The notes below the pieces were generated by a model, which was not told where the DNA came from, ran no database searches, and saw nothing but the letters and a program-made list of their open reading frames with translations. DNA of 64,000 nt. It comes from Camelus dromedarius. Its lineage: Eukaryota. Each line of letters starts with the position of its first letter. Position 1 is the first letter of the stretch. The stretch covers positions 13,578,001-13,642,000 of the forward strand of contig NC_087436.1 in the NCBI RefSeq assembly GCF_036321535.1. Reading direction: 5' to 3'. Positions 24,070 through 38,122 of the stretch are shown in pieces. The translations under genes and the position numbers were made by a program.

Positions 24070-24420
24070 GGAAAGACCTCTCTGATAAGGTGATATCTGG
24101 TCAGAAACCTAAACGGAGAAAGGGAGTGTCCCGGGGACATCTAGGGAGTGAGTGTTTTGGGTGGTGTGAACACCAAGTGCAAAGGCTTGGAGGCAGGAGC
24201 TTTCTTGGTGTATTTGAGAGATGATAAGTCGGGCGTGGCTGGAGTTAAGTGAGAAAGAAAGGCAGTGTAGGAGACTAGGTAGGGGGAAGTCAGATCATGC
24301 AGGGTCTTGGATGCTGCGGCACTCAGGTGTCCCAGGAAGCCACGAGTGGGTATCGAGTGAAAGTGTGACATGGCTGACATATTGAAAGGACTGTTCCCGG
24401 TTGCTCTGTTAAGAATAGAC
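24070..24420 (-). mobile_element. L2 fragment
   Basis: gacctctctgataaggtgat...aagtgcaaaggcttggaggcaggag...cagatcatgcagggtcttg. Confidence 0.65.
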
Positions 24421-26502
24421 TATCTCAACAGCTTGTCTTTCAAACCAAGAGCCCCCATGCTCTGTAATCCAATCTTAGTTACGTGGGGCAGGCAGAATTC
24501 TCTTAAAGCTTGGCTTTCTCGGAGGTGACATTCAGTTGGTCTCTGAATATTGGATCTTGGCATTATTTTATTTACTCCTTCAGAATGCATCCGTTCTAAA
24601 TTTCACCTTGACTATTACTGGGCAGAAGCTGCCTATCTAGTCATTCTTAGAGATCGGACCCTATTTGCAAATAGACACCTGTCAATCATGTGCTTTTTGT
24701 GATACCATCAGCTTTGGATGTTCTGCAGAAAACAGAAAGGGTAGCTATTTGGTTCGCTCCTTCTAAATCCCAGGCTGATGAAGAAGCCTCTATTTGAGCA
24801 TGCCATTTGGTGGCAGAAGAAAATAGTCAGAGACAGAGGACTATGCAGGGCCAGTTAAAGCTTCTCTTGGAAATTAGCACATTGTCACTTGTGTCCACAT
24901 TCATGGCCAACACAAGACACTGGGCCAAGCCTGACAACGGGGCATGGAGTGTGCTCCACCCATAGAGAGTGCTGTTCGGAGAGGGTGGATATGATCCGCC
25001 GTGGTCTCTAAATCGAGTCCATCTGGCCTGAGGTCCCTTAGGAGGTCTTCAACTTAGAGGCGAAGGTTCCAGCGGAGTGTGGAGGTCTCTAGGGAGAGGG
25101 AGAAGGGCCAGAGCCCGGTCGTGGTGTCACTCCCTCTCCAAGGAAGAGCGGGGCCAGGAAAGCAGTTAGAAGGAGAAGGGCTGTGGGAAGCAGAGGAGAA
25201 CTTCTCGGTCACAGAGTCTGTGGTCGGAGAGGTTCACAAAGGAGAGCCGGTCCGCAGGGAAGTGAAGGGCCAGTTGCCTGGATGAGAGATGGCAAGTCCC
25301 ACTGGGGCCATCTTAGAGTCACCATCTTCCTGCTTCGAGTCACCAGGATGTGGGAAAGTGAACAAAGACATGTCTGGAGCTCAGCTTCCAGCTTTCGCCG
25401 GTGTCACCTCTTCAGTCATATCACACTTTGCTGTGCACAGGTCATTGTCATGCCTCGACCTGCTGGGTAGCACCTTCCAGGGGCCAGTGCTGCATTAAGG
25501 CGGGGGAGGGAGAGAGATCATTCAGGAAGGGACACGAGGAACATGTACCAGTAAGCAGGATGCCCAGCAGGAAAGGTGTCTGAGGGACCAGGAGCCCTGT
25601 CTGTGCCCTATGTCCTACTCAGTGGCCGAGGACATGCGGGGGACTGCCTCCGTCTCTCCCCGCCCCTCCCCGCCCTAGGAGTCCACGACTGCACCTGGGC
25701 GTTAGGCCGGCTTTTCCCACAGGAATGACCTGAGAAAAACAAAAGGAAACAAAAGCAAAGTATTTTAATAGCCTGTTTTAGCAACGAGGTGGGGCCATGC
25801 TACAGTTTATTCTCTTGGTCACAAACCATGCACCTGGCTGACTCACGACTGCTGGCTTGGCCTGGGTGTAATATCACTTCCAAGAGCCTAGGGGGCAGGT
25901 TTTCACTTTAGGGTGACCCACTGTCCTGGTCTCCTCAGGATTCTCCTGGTTTCAACCATGAAAGTCTCACATCCTTGGCACCTCCTCGGTCCTGGGCCAC
26001 TGGGGCGGCTGATCACCCAACCACATCCCTCCCAGTGGCCCCTGCAGTGAACTGTGGGGAACGTGGTGGCAAACAGGCGGATTGTTATCACCAGACAGAC
26101 CCAAGTTCAAATCCTTGTATGTGCTACGTCACTTCCAAGTGGTGTGATCTTAGGGAAGTTACTCGTTATTTCAAAACATAGATTCATATTTGCCTCATAT
26201 GGTTTGTTATAAGGTTTGTGATAAAATTCTCACCTCACCAGGGACCCGCAGCCCCCTCGCCCACTTTGTTCGGTGTTAGCAGCCTCCGTTCTCTTCCTTG
26301 AGACTGCAATGTTCACCCTCCCACGGTGCACTCCCCGGTCCCTCTGTCGGGAAGGGCCCAGACTCGTCTAGTCCCTCCTCGGGAGGTCTTCCCTGCCAGC
26401 TCACGCAGGAGGGCCTCTGCCAGCTCTCCCAGACACTCTATGTCTCATCCCCGTTTCATACTTCTTGGGCTGAACGTGAGTGGGAATCGTCTTGGCTACT
26501 CA

Positions 26503-27040
26503 TGAAGAGGGCAGGCAGCCTTCTAAAATGGCTCCCAAAGACCTCCACTTCCTGTCCGTCATCTCCCCTGGAGTTGGGGCAGGACCTAGGGACTCACTTC
26601 TAACAAACAGAATATGGCAAAGTGATGGCTTGTCTCTTCTGGGATTATGTCTTAAAGACATGCTTCTGTCTTACTGGCTCTCTCTCTCTCTCTCCCTCCC
26701 CTCACTTGCTTGTTCTGATGAAGCTAGCTGCCCCAATGGAGAGATGCATGTGGCCAGACACTGAAGGCAGCCTGCAGCCAACAACCAGCAAGACACTGAC
26801 TCCTGCCAGCAACCACATGAACGAGCCTGGGAACAAACTCTCCCCCAGCTGAGCCTGGGGTTGGGGGCAGCCCTGATGGACACCCCAGCCACAGTCACAG
26901 GAGAAGCTCTGAAGCAGAAGGTCCAAGTGGAGCTGTGGGCTGATTCCTGACCCTTAGAAACTGTGAGATAATAACTGTTGTTATTTGAAGTCATGAAGTT
27001 TGGGGGCGATTTGTTATGCAGCAATCAAGAACCGAAACAG
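26503..27040 (+). mobile_element. MaLR solo LTR (MLT1E/F-like)
   Basis: gcagccttctaaaatggctccc...gactcacttctaacaaacagaatatggcaaagtgat...ttgttatgcagcaat. Confidence 0.85.
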
Positions 27041-28769
27041 TGATGTTTTGTTTATTTCCCCTCTAGGATATTAACACCATCGTAGAAGGGCCCATGCGTG
27101 GCTTGTTTACTGCAGTATGTCCGCAACACAAAAAAAAGTCTGGCATGTAATAGCTGCTCAGTTTTATTGAATGAGCAAGTCAAGAGGGCACAGGCTGCCT
27201 ACAGGGCGTGTGAAGACAGATGAAATAAATATTTGTTGAATGAATGAGTAATTTAATGACCAATTAAATGTGAGGAGGGTTGGGAGAGGGAGAGTATTTG
27301 AGCTGACTTATCTTTATCAAGAGGCCCCTAGTGTGGGCTCGGAAGATGTTAAATGAATACATTAGTAGATGAACAAACTCAGGCACAGGTTTCACTTAAG
27401 GATAGACTAGAAGTGATATTGATGTTGACACCTTGAATGAGAAAGATCTGCAAAATGTCTAAAAGGCATTCAGAAATAATCCAGCTTTTCACAGAATATT
27501 CAGTGAGAAAAGCGATCATGTGTATATCCTGTCTTTGTTAAAACACAGATAGGCACACAAGTCTGGAAGGAAACACACCAAAATGTTAACTCCTACTTGG
27601 TGGGCTATAGGATTCCAGTGGTTTTATTTTTTTCCGTTTTGCTTATCCGTATTTGCTACAACAGACAGAACAAACAACAAAGGTACGTCCACTTATTCTT
27701 AAGACACTAGAGGAGAAAGCACCCACAGTGGATTTAAGTCAGCACCATAGAAGCAATCATTCCCCGGGGGGACAAGTAGATTCAGTGACCAGGGAAGAGG
27801 AGAGAGGACTACGGTTGCTGTGGGCAAAACCCCAGGCATTTCCAAAGTAAGATTTCTGATCGGGTTAGAGAAAAAGCATTTGGTGTTGACAGCAGCATAG
27901 CCACTTCCTCTTCGGCCAAACTCCCTCCACCTGCCCTGATGGCCCTCCTTGTCCAAATCATTTCTCATTTCTTTCAAATCCATTTCTGGACACGATGCTG
28001 GTCCAGCCTTTCTTTTTCTCACACTTACACATCTACTGCCTGTTTTCCCATGGTCCTGGAGGCTGCTTCATATTCAACAGCTAGAATAATATCCCACAAC
28101 TGTTTTGATCATCCTTCTCATTGTAGCTGGGGCATGAAATCATGAACTGAAAACTGTGGAAGAGTCACCCTTCATCTCATCCCCAGATGAACTTGATCAG
28201 TCTTTCACTTCCCATCAGAAAGTGACACTTAGGAAACCACCAGTTACCTCCAGTAACCACTACTGGTCTCTCCAAGTTCTGTTCCAGAATGAATCAAGCA
28301 ATGACTCATCTCATGGCTACCTGGGTTTCAGGCCTACTAGTTACTCTGGCAGACTGTTTCTCAATAACTATTCAGTAGTTGACGTGTACTGGCACCTAAA
28401 ACCTGAAATCTTATTTTTCTGAAGTAGAGGCAACACAGGGTGCTGTGTCTGAGGACCAGGCTGGGCTCCTGGTGCTGACACAGACCTCGGAGGCTGCATC
28501 TAGTTCCCCAGGATGTGGAAGCCTGGAGGCGTGGGTGCCTCCTGGGCACCATGGAGAAGCTGCACTCTACTGTGAGGAAGTCCCACGGCCCAGCTGCAAC
28601 AGCTGGGCTGCAAGTCACACTCCTGCTGGCACTGCAGGGCCTTCTCTCCAGAAGGAAGCCCATGCCCTACTGGTTGCCTGGTTGCCTTAGACATCAGAAA
28701 CCTCTCCAAATAGGGCAGAAATTAACAAAATCCTTCTCCAAGCCGGTACAGTGCGGTGAAACATAAAGA

Positions 28770-29105
28770 GTGCCCGGCACCACCCTCTCTTCTCCGCTCA
28801 GACACGTGGAAGCCGCTATTTCCGCTCGAGTGGGACCACGTGACTGGTTCCCACCAATGGGCTGTGAGCGGAAGTGACGTACTGTACGTACCGTACGACC
28901 CTGTGGGGCGAAGAGCAGCCTGAGGCCTCCAGGCCCTTTCCTGTGGAGGTAAACGGGGAGACGCTCAAGACGTTGGCAAAATCCAAGAGCAGAGTGGCCT
29001 GGATACTGAGTCCCACGGCAGGACGGTGTCCCTGGAGTGTCATCTGGGTCTGCTGGGAGATCACTTTGTTTCTGCAGCGTAACCTAGCCTAGCCCAACCA
29101 ACACA
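28770..29105 (+). mobile_element. Old MaLR LTR fragment (MLT1I/J-like)
   Basis: gaccacgtgactggttcccaccaatgggctgtgagcggaagtgacgt...gcagcgtaacctagcctagccc. Confidence 0.55.
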
Positions 29106-30329
29106 CAATCAGTTCTGGGTTTTGCCACATCATTTTGATTTAATGACTTCTTTAAATTAAAGAAGGACGGCAAAGAAGTGGTTGCTTTCTCTCCGGTAGC
29201 ACTGGGCGCCTGGGATACTTGATAAATCTGGGGACGTGGCCTCACTCAGAGCTGCTTGCTCCTTTTGTGGCGGGAATTGCTTTTCTCTATTGAAATAGAG
29301 ACTGAGCGGTCATGTTTCCCGTCAGTGTTGCAGCCTCTCCAATCCTGAGGTCATTGTCCTTGGTCTGTTCCTTACATGTTTTAAGGATTTTAAATAAGTT
29401 CTCCATCTAGTGAACAACTAAACATACAACTGGAATAAAACATCCACCCTGATGCAATGACATTAGGTAGAGTTTTTGTTTGCTTTTGGTTTCTAAAGTA
29501 AGTTTTCTTTTTTAAATACTGCATACATTCTATTACACAATTAATAAATACGTTCTACTTTACTAACATCTCTGTACTCCACGGGGAGCAGTAAATTGTC
29601 CAAATGTCTGGGTCACACAGAAATAATTTTGAAATGTTAATTTGAGTTTGCATAAATATTATATGTATTTTAACAAAGTTGTATTTTAAAGGTGACTTCT
29701 ATAACACTTGCCCAGTATTTTACCTAATTATAATTAGACTGCCTTGCATTTTGGATGTTGGCTGTATGAGTATTTAAAGACATTCTCATGTGCCTTTAAT
29801 CCTAGCCCAAGTAATTTCTACATACCTCATTTTATAGGATTTTTATTAGGGAATGCTTAGTGAAAGTTTCACTTTGCCTTTGCCTTTAAATCCTGTCCTT
29901 TTATAGCATGATGTAAATTTTATTAGGACTTCAGTGTTTGTTTTTAACATACTTACTTTCACCGTTGTTAAATAAAATACACTTTCCCTTAAGACTTAAT
30001 TAAAAGTTTTGGGAGGAGGTGGGGTGATAGTTAACATGCTGATAATAGATAATACCAAAGAGAAAAAGAAACAAACAAAAAATGAAGATGACTCATAATC
30101 CCTCCCCCAAGACAGCGCATCCTCCCCTGCCCCCATTCAGTGCGAACCCGAACGGCGTATAAACTGTATCCTAACTCTTTCACTGCCTACCTCGTTCTCT
30201 TACAACGGCTTTTAAAGGCTTCCTAGTATTCCACCATCTGTACGTACTATAATTTAAACGTATTCCTACTGTCGAACATTTATTTCCAACACAACCCTGT
30301 TCTAAACACGGTAATGGATACGCCGGTAC

Positions 30330-30843
30330 GTCATAGGCAGAATAACGACCCCGCCCCCAAAGAGGCCCACATCCTAAACCCTGGAACCTGTGAACATGTG
30401 ACGGTAGAGCCTAAAAGGCTTGGAAAACGTGATTAAGTTAAGAACCTTGAGATGGGAAGATGATCTGGGTGGACTCAGTCTAATCACACGGGTCCTTAAA
30501 AGAAGAGAACCCTTTGGTCAGAGAAGAAGATGTGACAACGGAGATGGGGTCAGAGAGATGCTGCATTGCTGGCTTTGAAGACGGAGGAAGGGGGCCATGA
30601 GCCAAGGAAGGTCAGCAGCCTGGAGAGGCTGGAGAAGGAAGAAGGAAATAAGAGTCTCCCCTGGAGCCTCCACAAAGGAAGACGGCCTTGCCACCACCTT
30701 GGTTTGAGTGCAGTGAAACTTGTGTTCAATTTCTGACCTGCAAAACTGTAAAAATATAAATATGCGTGTGTATGTGTGTGTGTGTTGTTTTACGCCACTA
30801 AATTTGTGGGAAGTTTTTATGGCAGCAGTAGGAAACTGATACC
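30330..30843 (+). mobile_element. MaLR solo LTR (MLT1C/D-like)
   Basis: ggcagaataacgaccccg...ccctggaacctgtgaacatgt...ggcagcagtaggaaactgatac. Confidence 0.85.
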
Positions 30844-31054
30844 CAATTTTTGTGCACATCTTTTACAGTTTTCCTTAGAAGTCAATTCCTAGAAGAGTTT
30901 TCCAGGTACCTAATACACATCGCCAACCAGTTTACAATCTCATCAGCCATGTAGAAAGTGCTTGCCTCACTTGCCCCTACAGACCCTGAGACTTAAGTTC
31001 ATAGGCAGCCTATTGTTTCAGGTTCTTTCATTTAAATTGATGATAGTAAGCGTA

Positions 31055-31260
31055 ACCAACAGCAGTAGTAGCCAACTGAGGGCTTACTACATGCCAAGCA
31101 CTATGTAAATGCTCATTTAATCCTCACAACGTCTCTATGAGGTCTGTTGCCATTATTAGCTCCATTCTACAGAAGAGAAAACTGAGGCACGGGGAAGCTG
31201 AGAAGGTAGTAAAGCTGGAGTTAGACCCCACGACATCTGGCCTCAAAGGGGATGCTCTTT
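31055..31260 (-). mobile_element. MIR SINE
   Basis: ctcatttaatcctcacaac...attctacagaagagaaaactgaggcac. Confidence 0.8.
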
Positions 31261-33644
31261 GATGAGTCTTCATTAAAATCTAAGCTCCTGGAAGGCGGGG
31301 TCGGTCTCCTCTCCCGCCTCGCTTACTCTAGGGATCCCTGAGTTTCCCCCAGCGGCAGCATAATCCAGCAGAGTAACAACCGTCGTGAAGAGCTCTACAT
31401 GTGGAGACTGGCATGTGACACGTGTACGTATGTGTGTTTAGTGTGCCTTTGCTTGCGGCCAATCCCAGAGTAATTGAAGTATTCTCCAATCATGAAGACT
31501 CTCTTCTTTAACGGCCAGATGGCTGAACTCACACGGGCCCCTCCCACGCATCCTGTTACACACCCTCCTGTGCAGCAGACACCACGCCAGGTGCCAGAGA
31601 CAGCGGTGACCTGGACATGTGCGGAGGCGGGTGTGCGTGTGGATGCTGTAACGGACCCGACAACAGTAGCTGAAACGAGAGTTTGTTTCCCTTCCCGCTG
31701 CAGAGTCAGGGGTCCGGGGCTGCAGGCACCTCTGTGGAGCTGGAGGCCCAGGCTCCTGCTCTCTTGTTGCCCTTCTGTCCCCTCGAGCGAAGATCAGCCA
31801 ACGTTTTCTGTAAAGGACTGGAGTAGATATTTTAGGCCATGGCAACAACTCTGCCCCTTTAGGTGAACGAACAAGGAGTGGCCGGGTTCCGGTACAACGT
31901 GATCCACAAAACAGGCGTGTACAGTGCGTGATGTGCAGCAGGTACCCGACAGAAACAGGAGGGAGCTCCATCACTTCTGCTTGGGTCTGCCTACCTCCCA
32001 CCATGGGGGGCGCCGCGCCCCTGCCCCGTCCAGGCTCAGGAAGGTGACTTGCATCTTCCCCGCAGCCCACCTGCTCCCTGCTGCTCTGACGTCCCCTGCA
32101 CGCCAGCAGGCTGGGCCATCGCCCCCCTCAGCCTCCCATCCACCGCCTGTTTCGAAGCTCCCCTCACAACTGACCTTCCCCCGCCACCTCGCTTGGTGTC
32201 CACTGGCTCCAGCTGGGACGGTGACGACACCAGTGCCGGTCATTGGCTGGTCCCTCACGGCTCCCTCATCTGACCTGGTCCTCCAGCGTTTGACCTGATG
32301 CTGGCCACTGCCTCCCCTTCTTGGCTTCCTCCAACCTCATCAGTGTTTCCTTCTGATCTTCTCTGCCGCTGCCTCCTCTACTAAATGTGAGGTCCCAGGC
32401 TCACTCCCTAAGACTCTTCTCCTCGCAAGGCCCCCATCACTCACTCCCATCACATTAGAACCCTCGGCAGGCTGAGGATGCCCCAGTGGACGGCTCCAGC
32501 CCTAAGCCTCACCTGGCTTCTGATCTGTCGGTGCGGCTACCTCTACGCTGTCTCCACTGGCACACGAGGCCTCTCACACGGAACCCGTCTGACATGCAAC
32601 CCTCAGGCCCCCGCCCCTGCCCGGTCTCCTCCTCTCAGTCAGGGGCATCACCACGACCCAGCTCTCTGCCATTGCCTCCCAGTCTGAGGTGTTCACCTCC
32701 TGCACCCCCTCAACCAGCCTGTCCACACACAACCTGCCTGTCCTGTCCCTCATCCTGCTGATGGGATGGGGGACTCTGACTGCTGTGACTGTTACTCCCG
32801 CACTCCCAGTACCAGCTCTCCTGCCAGCAGTCGGTGATTTCTTTGACACTCAAATGGGGTAATGTTCCTTCTCTCTTAAGACTCTCCAGGTACTGCTCGC
32901 TGGACTTCCCATTCTCTCTTTGGTGGCCAAAAAGGCCTTACAGAGGTGGCCTCTGTCCACCTTGCTGGCTCCCCTCTTTCCCCTGTGTCCCTTACTCATG
33001 GGGCCCCTGCCCCTCGATCTCCTGCCCCAGGGCCTTTGCACCTGCTCGTCCCTCTGCTTTCTCCTCATCCTCATCAAGTTTTACCTGGGATGCACCTCCT
33101 CAAGGAGACCTTCCCCACCCACCCCTAGTCCCCACTGCCACCTCCCCCGAGCTGATCACATCACCCTGAACTGCCCTCACAGCACATGTCATACCCAAAA
33201 TATTCCTTGAACCTTCTGTGGGCTTTTTCCCTAATCCTGCTTCTGGAATGTGCCAGCAGGACCTCATCTGTCCTGTTCTCTGCTGCACCCACAGCCCGCG
33301 GGGCAGGTCCCAGCTCCTGGGAGGCGCTCAGTGTGTACTTTTAAAAGAATAAAAACTTCCAGGTCCCCACGACTGATTTTATCTTATGGCTGAAAATAAT
33401 ATTCCAGCTGAAGTGAAGGTTTTTTACTTTCTTTTGTGTATAGTGGAATAAATACTTGTTTTGGTTTCTCATGTTTCCCTGAAGGGGAATTGAGGGGTCA
33501 ATGAAAGTAGGGGGAAAATTAGATCCTTGGACCAAGGAGAGAGCAGAACGTGTATTTAATGTCTAGACTCAGTCCAGTGGGGAAGTTTTGAATTCAAAAT
33601 TGAAAATGCTTTGGGGCCTTTTTTCATCAACCTAAATACTATTT

Positions 33645-34185
33645 CTTTTATTTTGGTAGAACACGTATAACACAAAACTCACTACCTTCACCGTTTTATG
33701 TGTATAATCTAGCGGCATAAAGTGCATCCACACTGTTGTGTAACCACCACCACGACCCATCCCCGGAATATTTTCAAATCCTCAAACTGAAACCGTCTGC
33801 ATTAAACACCAACTCCCTACCCGCCTCCCCCCTCCAGCCCCCTGTAACCTCTATTTTACTTCCAGTCTCTGAATTTGACTACACAAGGTACCTCATGTAA
33901 GTGAAATTATACAGTATGTGTCCTTTTGTAACTGGCTGACTTCACTCAGCGTGTTTTCAGGGTTCATTCAGGTCATAGCATGTGTCAGAATGTCCTTCCT
34001 TTTTAAGGTTGAGTGACATCCCATTGTACGTCTACAGCACGTTCTGTTTAACCTTTCTCCCACTGATGGACATTTAGGTTGTTTCTACCTTTTGGCTATT
34101 GTGAATAGTGCTTTAGTGAACATGGCGTGTAAACATTTGTTCAAGTCCCTGCTTTCAGTTCTCTTGGGTGTATACCTAGAACGTA
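33645..34185 (-). mobile_element. L1MB-type 3'UTR fragment
   Basis: cacactgttgtgtaaccaccacc...ggtacctcatgtaagtgaaatt...ttggctattgtgaatagtgct. Confidence 0.85.
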
Positions 34186-34439
34186 AATTATTTTTTTCAG
34201 CGTTATCCAGTATTGGGGACGAGGGTCTGCTTCACTCAGATCAGGATTCTAACTGGGGAACCCGAGAGCATGCCTGGAGGTGCTCCTGACAGAAGGGCAG
34301 TCCCCAGTGTATGGTGCCCTCGCCCTGCTCAGCCAGGCCCCACACAACCACGGCAGAAAGAAAGAAACTCAAAGCAAGCAAGCCCGGCATTCCACTCGAA
34401 ACTCCATCCCACTGAATTTCTAAGAAAGACAAAACAAAA

Positions 34440-35280
34440 TGTAAAAATAAGGCATTTTTATTAAAAGTTAAAATGTCTTCCAAGTTTACACATACAAACA
34501 TACTTCCACCACCACGTGGATTTCTAAAATCACCGACAAGCAGATACAAACCAGCCCAGCCAATGTGCATCAGGCCCTGGTCCCTGGGCACCCGTGCTGG
34601 GCAGGAGCCTGTGCCCTCAGAGGGGAACCGAACACCTACCAGCACCTCCGTGCTGCTGTCCCGCCCCAGGGACCAGCCTGCCGGAGAGGAGGGGACATCC
34701 CTGCCAGACGGACGGCAGAACAGCGCCGGGCTCCCTGCTTAGCTGTGCCCACCAGGTCTGCAAAGAGCCCCCTCCACCCGGACAGAGCAGGTCCATCCAG
34801 GCCAGCGACCATCGGCGAAGTTGCCAACACCGGCCGCACATTCCAGTCAACGGAGAGCTTGAAACAAAAGCCTGATTGAGCTACGGTCCATCAGATCAGA
34901 ACCTCTTGGGGTGCCGCCGATCACATTTGCTGTCTGCAGGCTCCCTGGATTCCTGTGCCCACGGTGGGAGGGAACCACATTGGCCGCTTCTTCCTCAGCT
35001 CTTACCTGCTGAGAAGTCACCCCGGTTCTAACAGAAACATCTGGCGCATCTGAGGCACTTCTTGAGTTGTGAAGGTCCAACGCCCAGATGCTTAGTTTCT
35101 ACCACTGATTTGCGAAGGGTTAAAAAAAAAATAGAGCACCCAGATTTCATAAAAAAATTTATTTTCATATAAAAGTGCCAAAATATCCACCAATGTCAAT
35201 CTATTTCAACAGCCAGTTTATGCTAGTCATCCAAACACAAGCCTCTTTATTCACATTGTTTAAAAATCCGATTCTTCTTT
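34440..35280 (-). other. TMEM131L: TMEM131L 3'UTR with tandem AATAAA signals (35246-35251, 35158-35163, 34457-34462)
   Basis: tttatt hexamers on + downstream of the TGA; a U/GU-rich element follows the distal site. Confidence 0.6.
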
Positions 35281-35556
35281 TCACACATTCCCACAGTAAC
35301 CGGAGTCCCTGGACAGCGGGAAATTTGCGTTCCTGTTGGCTGTGGTAGTCCATATGTCCAGGTTCATGTAGGCACGAAACGGGTTAAACCCCGGGTAGTA
35401 TTCCTTGCACATGACCGCCTGGTTGTCCAAGTGAGTCGAGTGCTCCGTGGTGGGACTGACAGGGCAACAGTTGTCATATACGTCATTTTGAGGGGCCCAG
35501 ATGGAACCAAAAAGTCCAGACATTGGAGACAAGCTTCGGGTGCTTGTGAGGTAGGG
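35281..35556 (-). CDS. TMEM131L: TMEM131L terminal coding exon ([22 protein letters not shown]...[10 protein letters not shown])
   Basis: Acceptor cttcag|CCC, phase 0, 276 nt. Matches the recalled KIAA0922 C-terminus and the known TMEM131L-TLR2 synteny. Confidence 0.93.
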   Translation of the reverse strand, partial: PYLTSTRSLSPMSGLFGSIWAPQNDVYDNCCPVSPTTEHSTHLDNQAVMCKEYYPGFNPFRAYMNLDIWTTTANRNANFPLSRDSGYCGNV

Positions 35557-36281
35557 CTGAAGTGTACATGAGGAGGGAAAAAAAAAAGTTAAAAAAAATA
35601 AAGACACCTTAGATAGGCAATGTCAATGTCAAGGTTGACTACACAGCCGTGGATGCCACGGTGGTATCAGTCCAAGCTACTTGGAAGTGACTAAATTATT
35701 CTCAACAATCTGGGTTGCTGTCACTCCATTTCTCTCAAACGGAAGGTTGTGAGCGCCCCATCAAGCTAGAACAACTTATTTCAACCCCAGGAAGGACCCA
35801 CAGTCAAACGCCTCTCTCTGTAAGAAAGGGCTGAGTAAGGTGGAAGGGCCGGGCTTTTAAGCACAGAGCGTGTTCAGGGGCAGGAAGCCCCCGGGCCTTG
35901 GTCGCCTACCACTGACTGACCTTCCTGGGATGTTTATTTCACCTCCTCCCAAAGCTGAAAGGTCAGCAGGACCACAGAAACACAGCTGTGTCCCAGACAG
36001 CTTCCTGGCCTGAGTTCGCTTTTATCAACAACCATCACTCCTCCGTGTGGCCGGGGTGTCTCTGTCACTGGGTGGCCAGGCCACTGGTGTCTGCAGCGAC
36101 CCACCCCACCCAGCCCGGTCTAACTACGTGCAAGGGCCCCGCAGAGTGCGGCCGGTGACCAAAGGGCCTCGGCCAGGCTCTCCAGCTGATCTGAACCCAG
36201 CTCTAAAGCTCAGGTGAGCCCAGGGGGAAGGAAGCACCAGCAAGAAGCCGGGGCCCAGGCAGCAGGGCGGGCGGCACTGAC

Positions 36282-36421
36282 CGGAGAACTGATGAGACCA
36301 GCGTGTCCCCAGGTGCTCGGCACGCTGGGGGGGCTGTTCCAGGCAGACTGGGAGCTGTGGTCAGCAAAGTCCGTCTGAACTGCGGCAGGACAGGGGAAGC
36401 CACTGGGGCAGTTCATGTTTT
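36282..36421 (-). CDS. TMEM131L: TMEM131L exon ([11 protein letters not shown]...GLISSP)
   Basis: ttgtcacag|AA...CCG|gtcagt; 140 nt; phase 1->0, consistent with its neighbours. Confidence 0.9.
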
Positions 36422-36542
36422 CTGTGACAAATGGGAGACATCGACAGAAGTGAACATTTTTCTGGAAAGAATGGAATTCTCACTCTCAGGCAAAAAAAGC
36501 TTTCCAGGCCTTACGATATGACCAGTTAAAGACAGACGTGGT

Positions 36543-36640
36543 GGGGGAAGGGTATAGCTCAGTGGTAGAGTGCGTGCTTAGCATGCACGAGGTCCTGGGT
36601 TCAGTCCCCAGTACCTCCTCTAAAAATTAATAAATAAACC
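36543..36640 (+). mobile_element. tRNA-Ala-derived SINE (camelid Vic-1-like)
   Basis: gggggaagggtatagctcagtggtagagtgcgtgcttagcatgcacgaggtcctgggttcagtccccagtacctcc plus an A-rich tail; a second copy is at 59225-59315. Confidence 0.85.
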
Positions 36641-38033
36641 CTAACATGGGGCCAGGGTTGAGAATCACTGGTCTAGACTCGTCTTGTCATCTGTAACATG
36701 CTACTCATAGGGACAGTTTTACTCTGAGAGGCAATTCATTGATAACCAACTGTCTTCCAGTTTAGCTTCGTAACCCTGATCTGTAGTTAATATCATCTGT
36801 CTCCTAATGGCTGATACTAGACTTCCCATACCCTTGGCAGCGTATTTCCGTGACTCTTAACAAAATGTGTTGTTTTGCATAGACAGTATGAGGTAAACTT
36901 CCAATTAGCACAAACTAAATCATCAACTAAACAGTCAGAGAAGTGGGTCCAAAGTAGCAGGATCTTTAAAATTGAATTTACAAAGCAATTATTTGGGGGA
37001 TGGGAGTGAACAAGAAGGTTGCAAATGATGGGAGAGGGAGAGACACAAATAAGCATCTATGAAGAAAAATATAACTTTCATATTTTGCTTATGAATTAAA
37101 GAAATAAAGTAGCCATACTCCCAAAAAGAAATTAATTAATTAATTAACCCCCCTAAAAAAAACATAAAAAATGAAAAGAAATACAGACATAAAGTAATTA
37201 CTCCCTGAGACACATCACCTGGGAAGCCCTCGGGGAGGATGTAGTTCCTCTGGGCTTGATTTTCTGTATTTGATAATGTGATGGGTAGTGTAAATACTAC
37301 CATAGATTTAAATAGTGTCAAGATTCTTATTAATGCTGAAAATTTTCCTTTATTACCTGTCATGCCATTGTCAGCCACCTGCACACACACCAAATGCGTT
37401 GATTTAAGAGCAGAAGGCACCAGGCACTTCGCAGTTGTCAGTAAGAAGATAATAAACACAGCCTCACACGCAGGGAGAAAGTGCCCACAGCACCCCCTTG
37501 TGGCTATCAGAGAGCACTGCATATGCCAAAACCCAGATCAGTACAAGCAATTGTGCTGACTCCAGCCCAGGCATCTGTAATTTCCCACAATTGCCCCTCC
37601 GAGCTCCTTTCCTTCCTTCTGCAGCATCTCCCAGGGGCAGAAGAGTCAGGACATGCTGAAGAACAAGGAGGTAAATGATTCTATCTCACCAAGGATGTGT
37701 CTGCCTAAAGAGTAACGACTAAAGCCCTGGCCTCCCGACAGACCACCCACAATGTTAGGTCCACACAAATGCAGACGAGCCCGTCCCGCCTGATCTGAGG
37801 GACTGGGTGGATCAGGGTTCTGTGTAGAAGCCCCTGTACACTCGGGCTGAGGGGCTTCTTGAGGCCACATAAAATGACACACGGCAGGACCTACAGGAAG
37901 GACTGAGCAGCCTCCTGTTAGATGGCTCTCAAAGGCCACATTCTTTGCAGCTGGTGTCTTAGGTCCACACCCTCTCTGCTTTGACTTTCCCAGAATAAAA
38001 GGATGGCGCTGGGATGGTCCAAACAGCTCCTAC

Positions 38034-38122
38034 CTTCTGGAAAGGCGTTGTAGTCATTCAGTTCCAGGGGGCAGTACACACCGGGAAACTGGCCTTCACA
38101 GGTCGCGCTCCAATCAATGAAA
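38034..38122 (-). CDS. TMEM131L: TMEM131L exon ([29 protein letters not shown])
   Basis: tttgtagcag|T...GAAG|gtagga; 89 nt; phase 2->1. Confidence 0.92.

Noticed and set aside
36548..36618. tRNA-Ala(AGC) gene
   Set aside because: The acceptor stem 5' end and the B-box (GGTTCAGTCC) are altered, an A-rich tail follows, and a diverged second copy exists at 59225-59315; this is a SINE.
37136..37522. 128-aa minus-strand ORF in a TMEM131L intron as an extra exon
   Set aside because: The flanking exons already join in frame and the splice signals here are weak.
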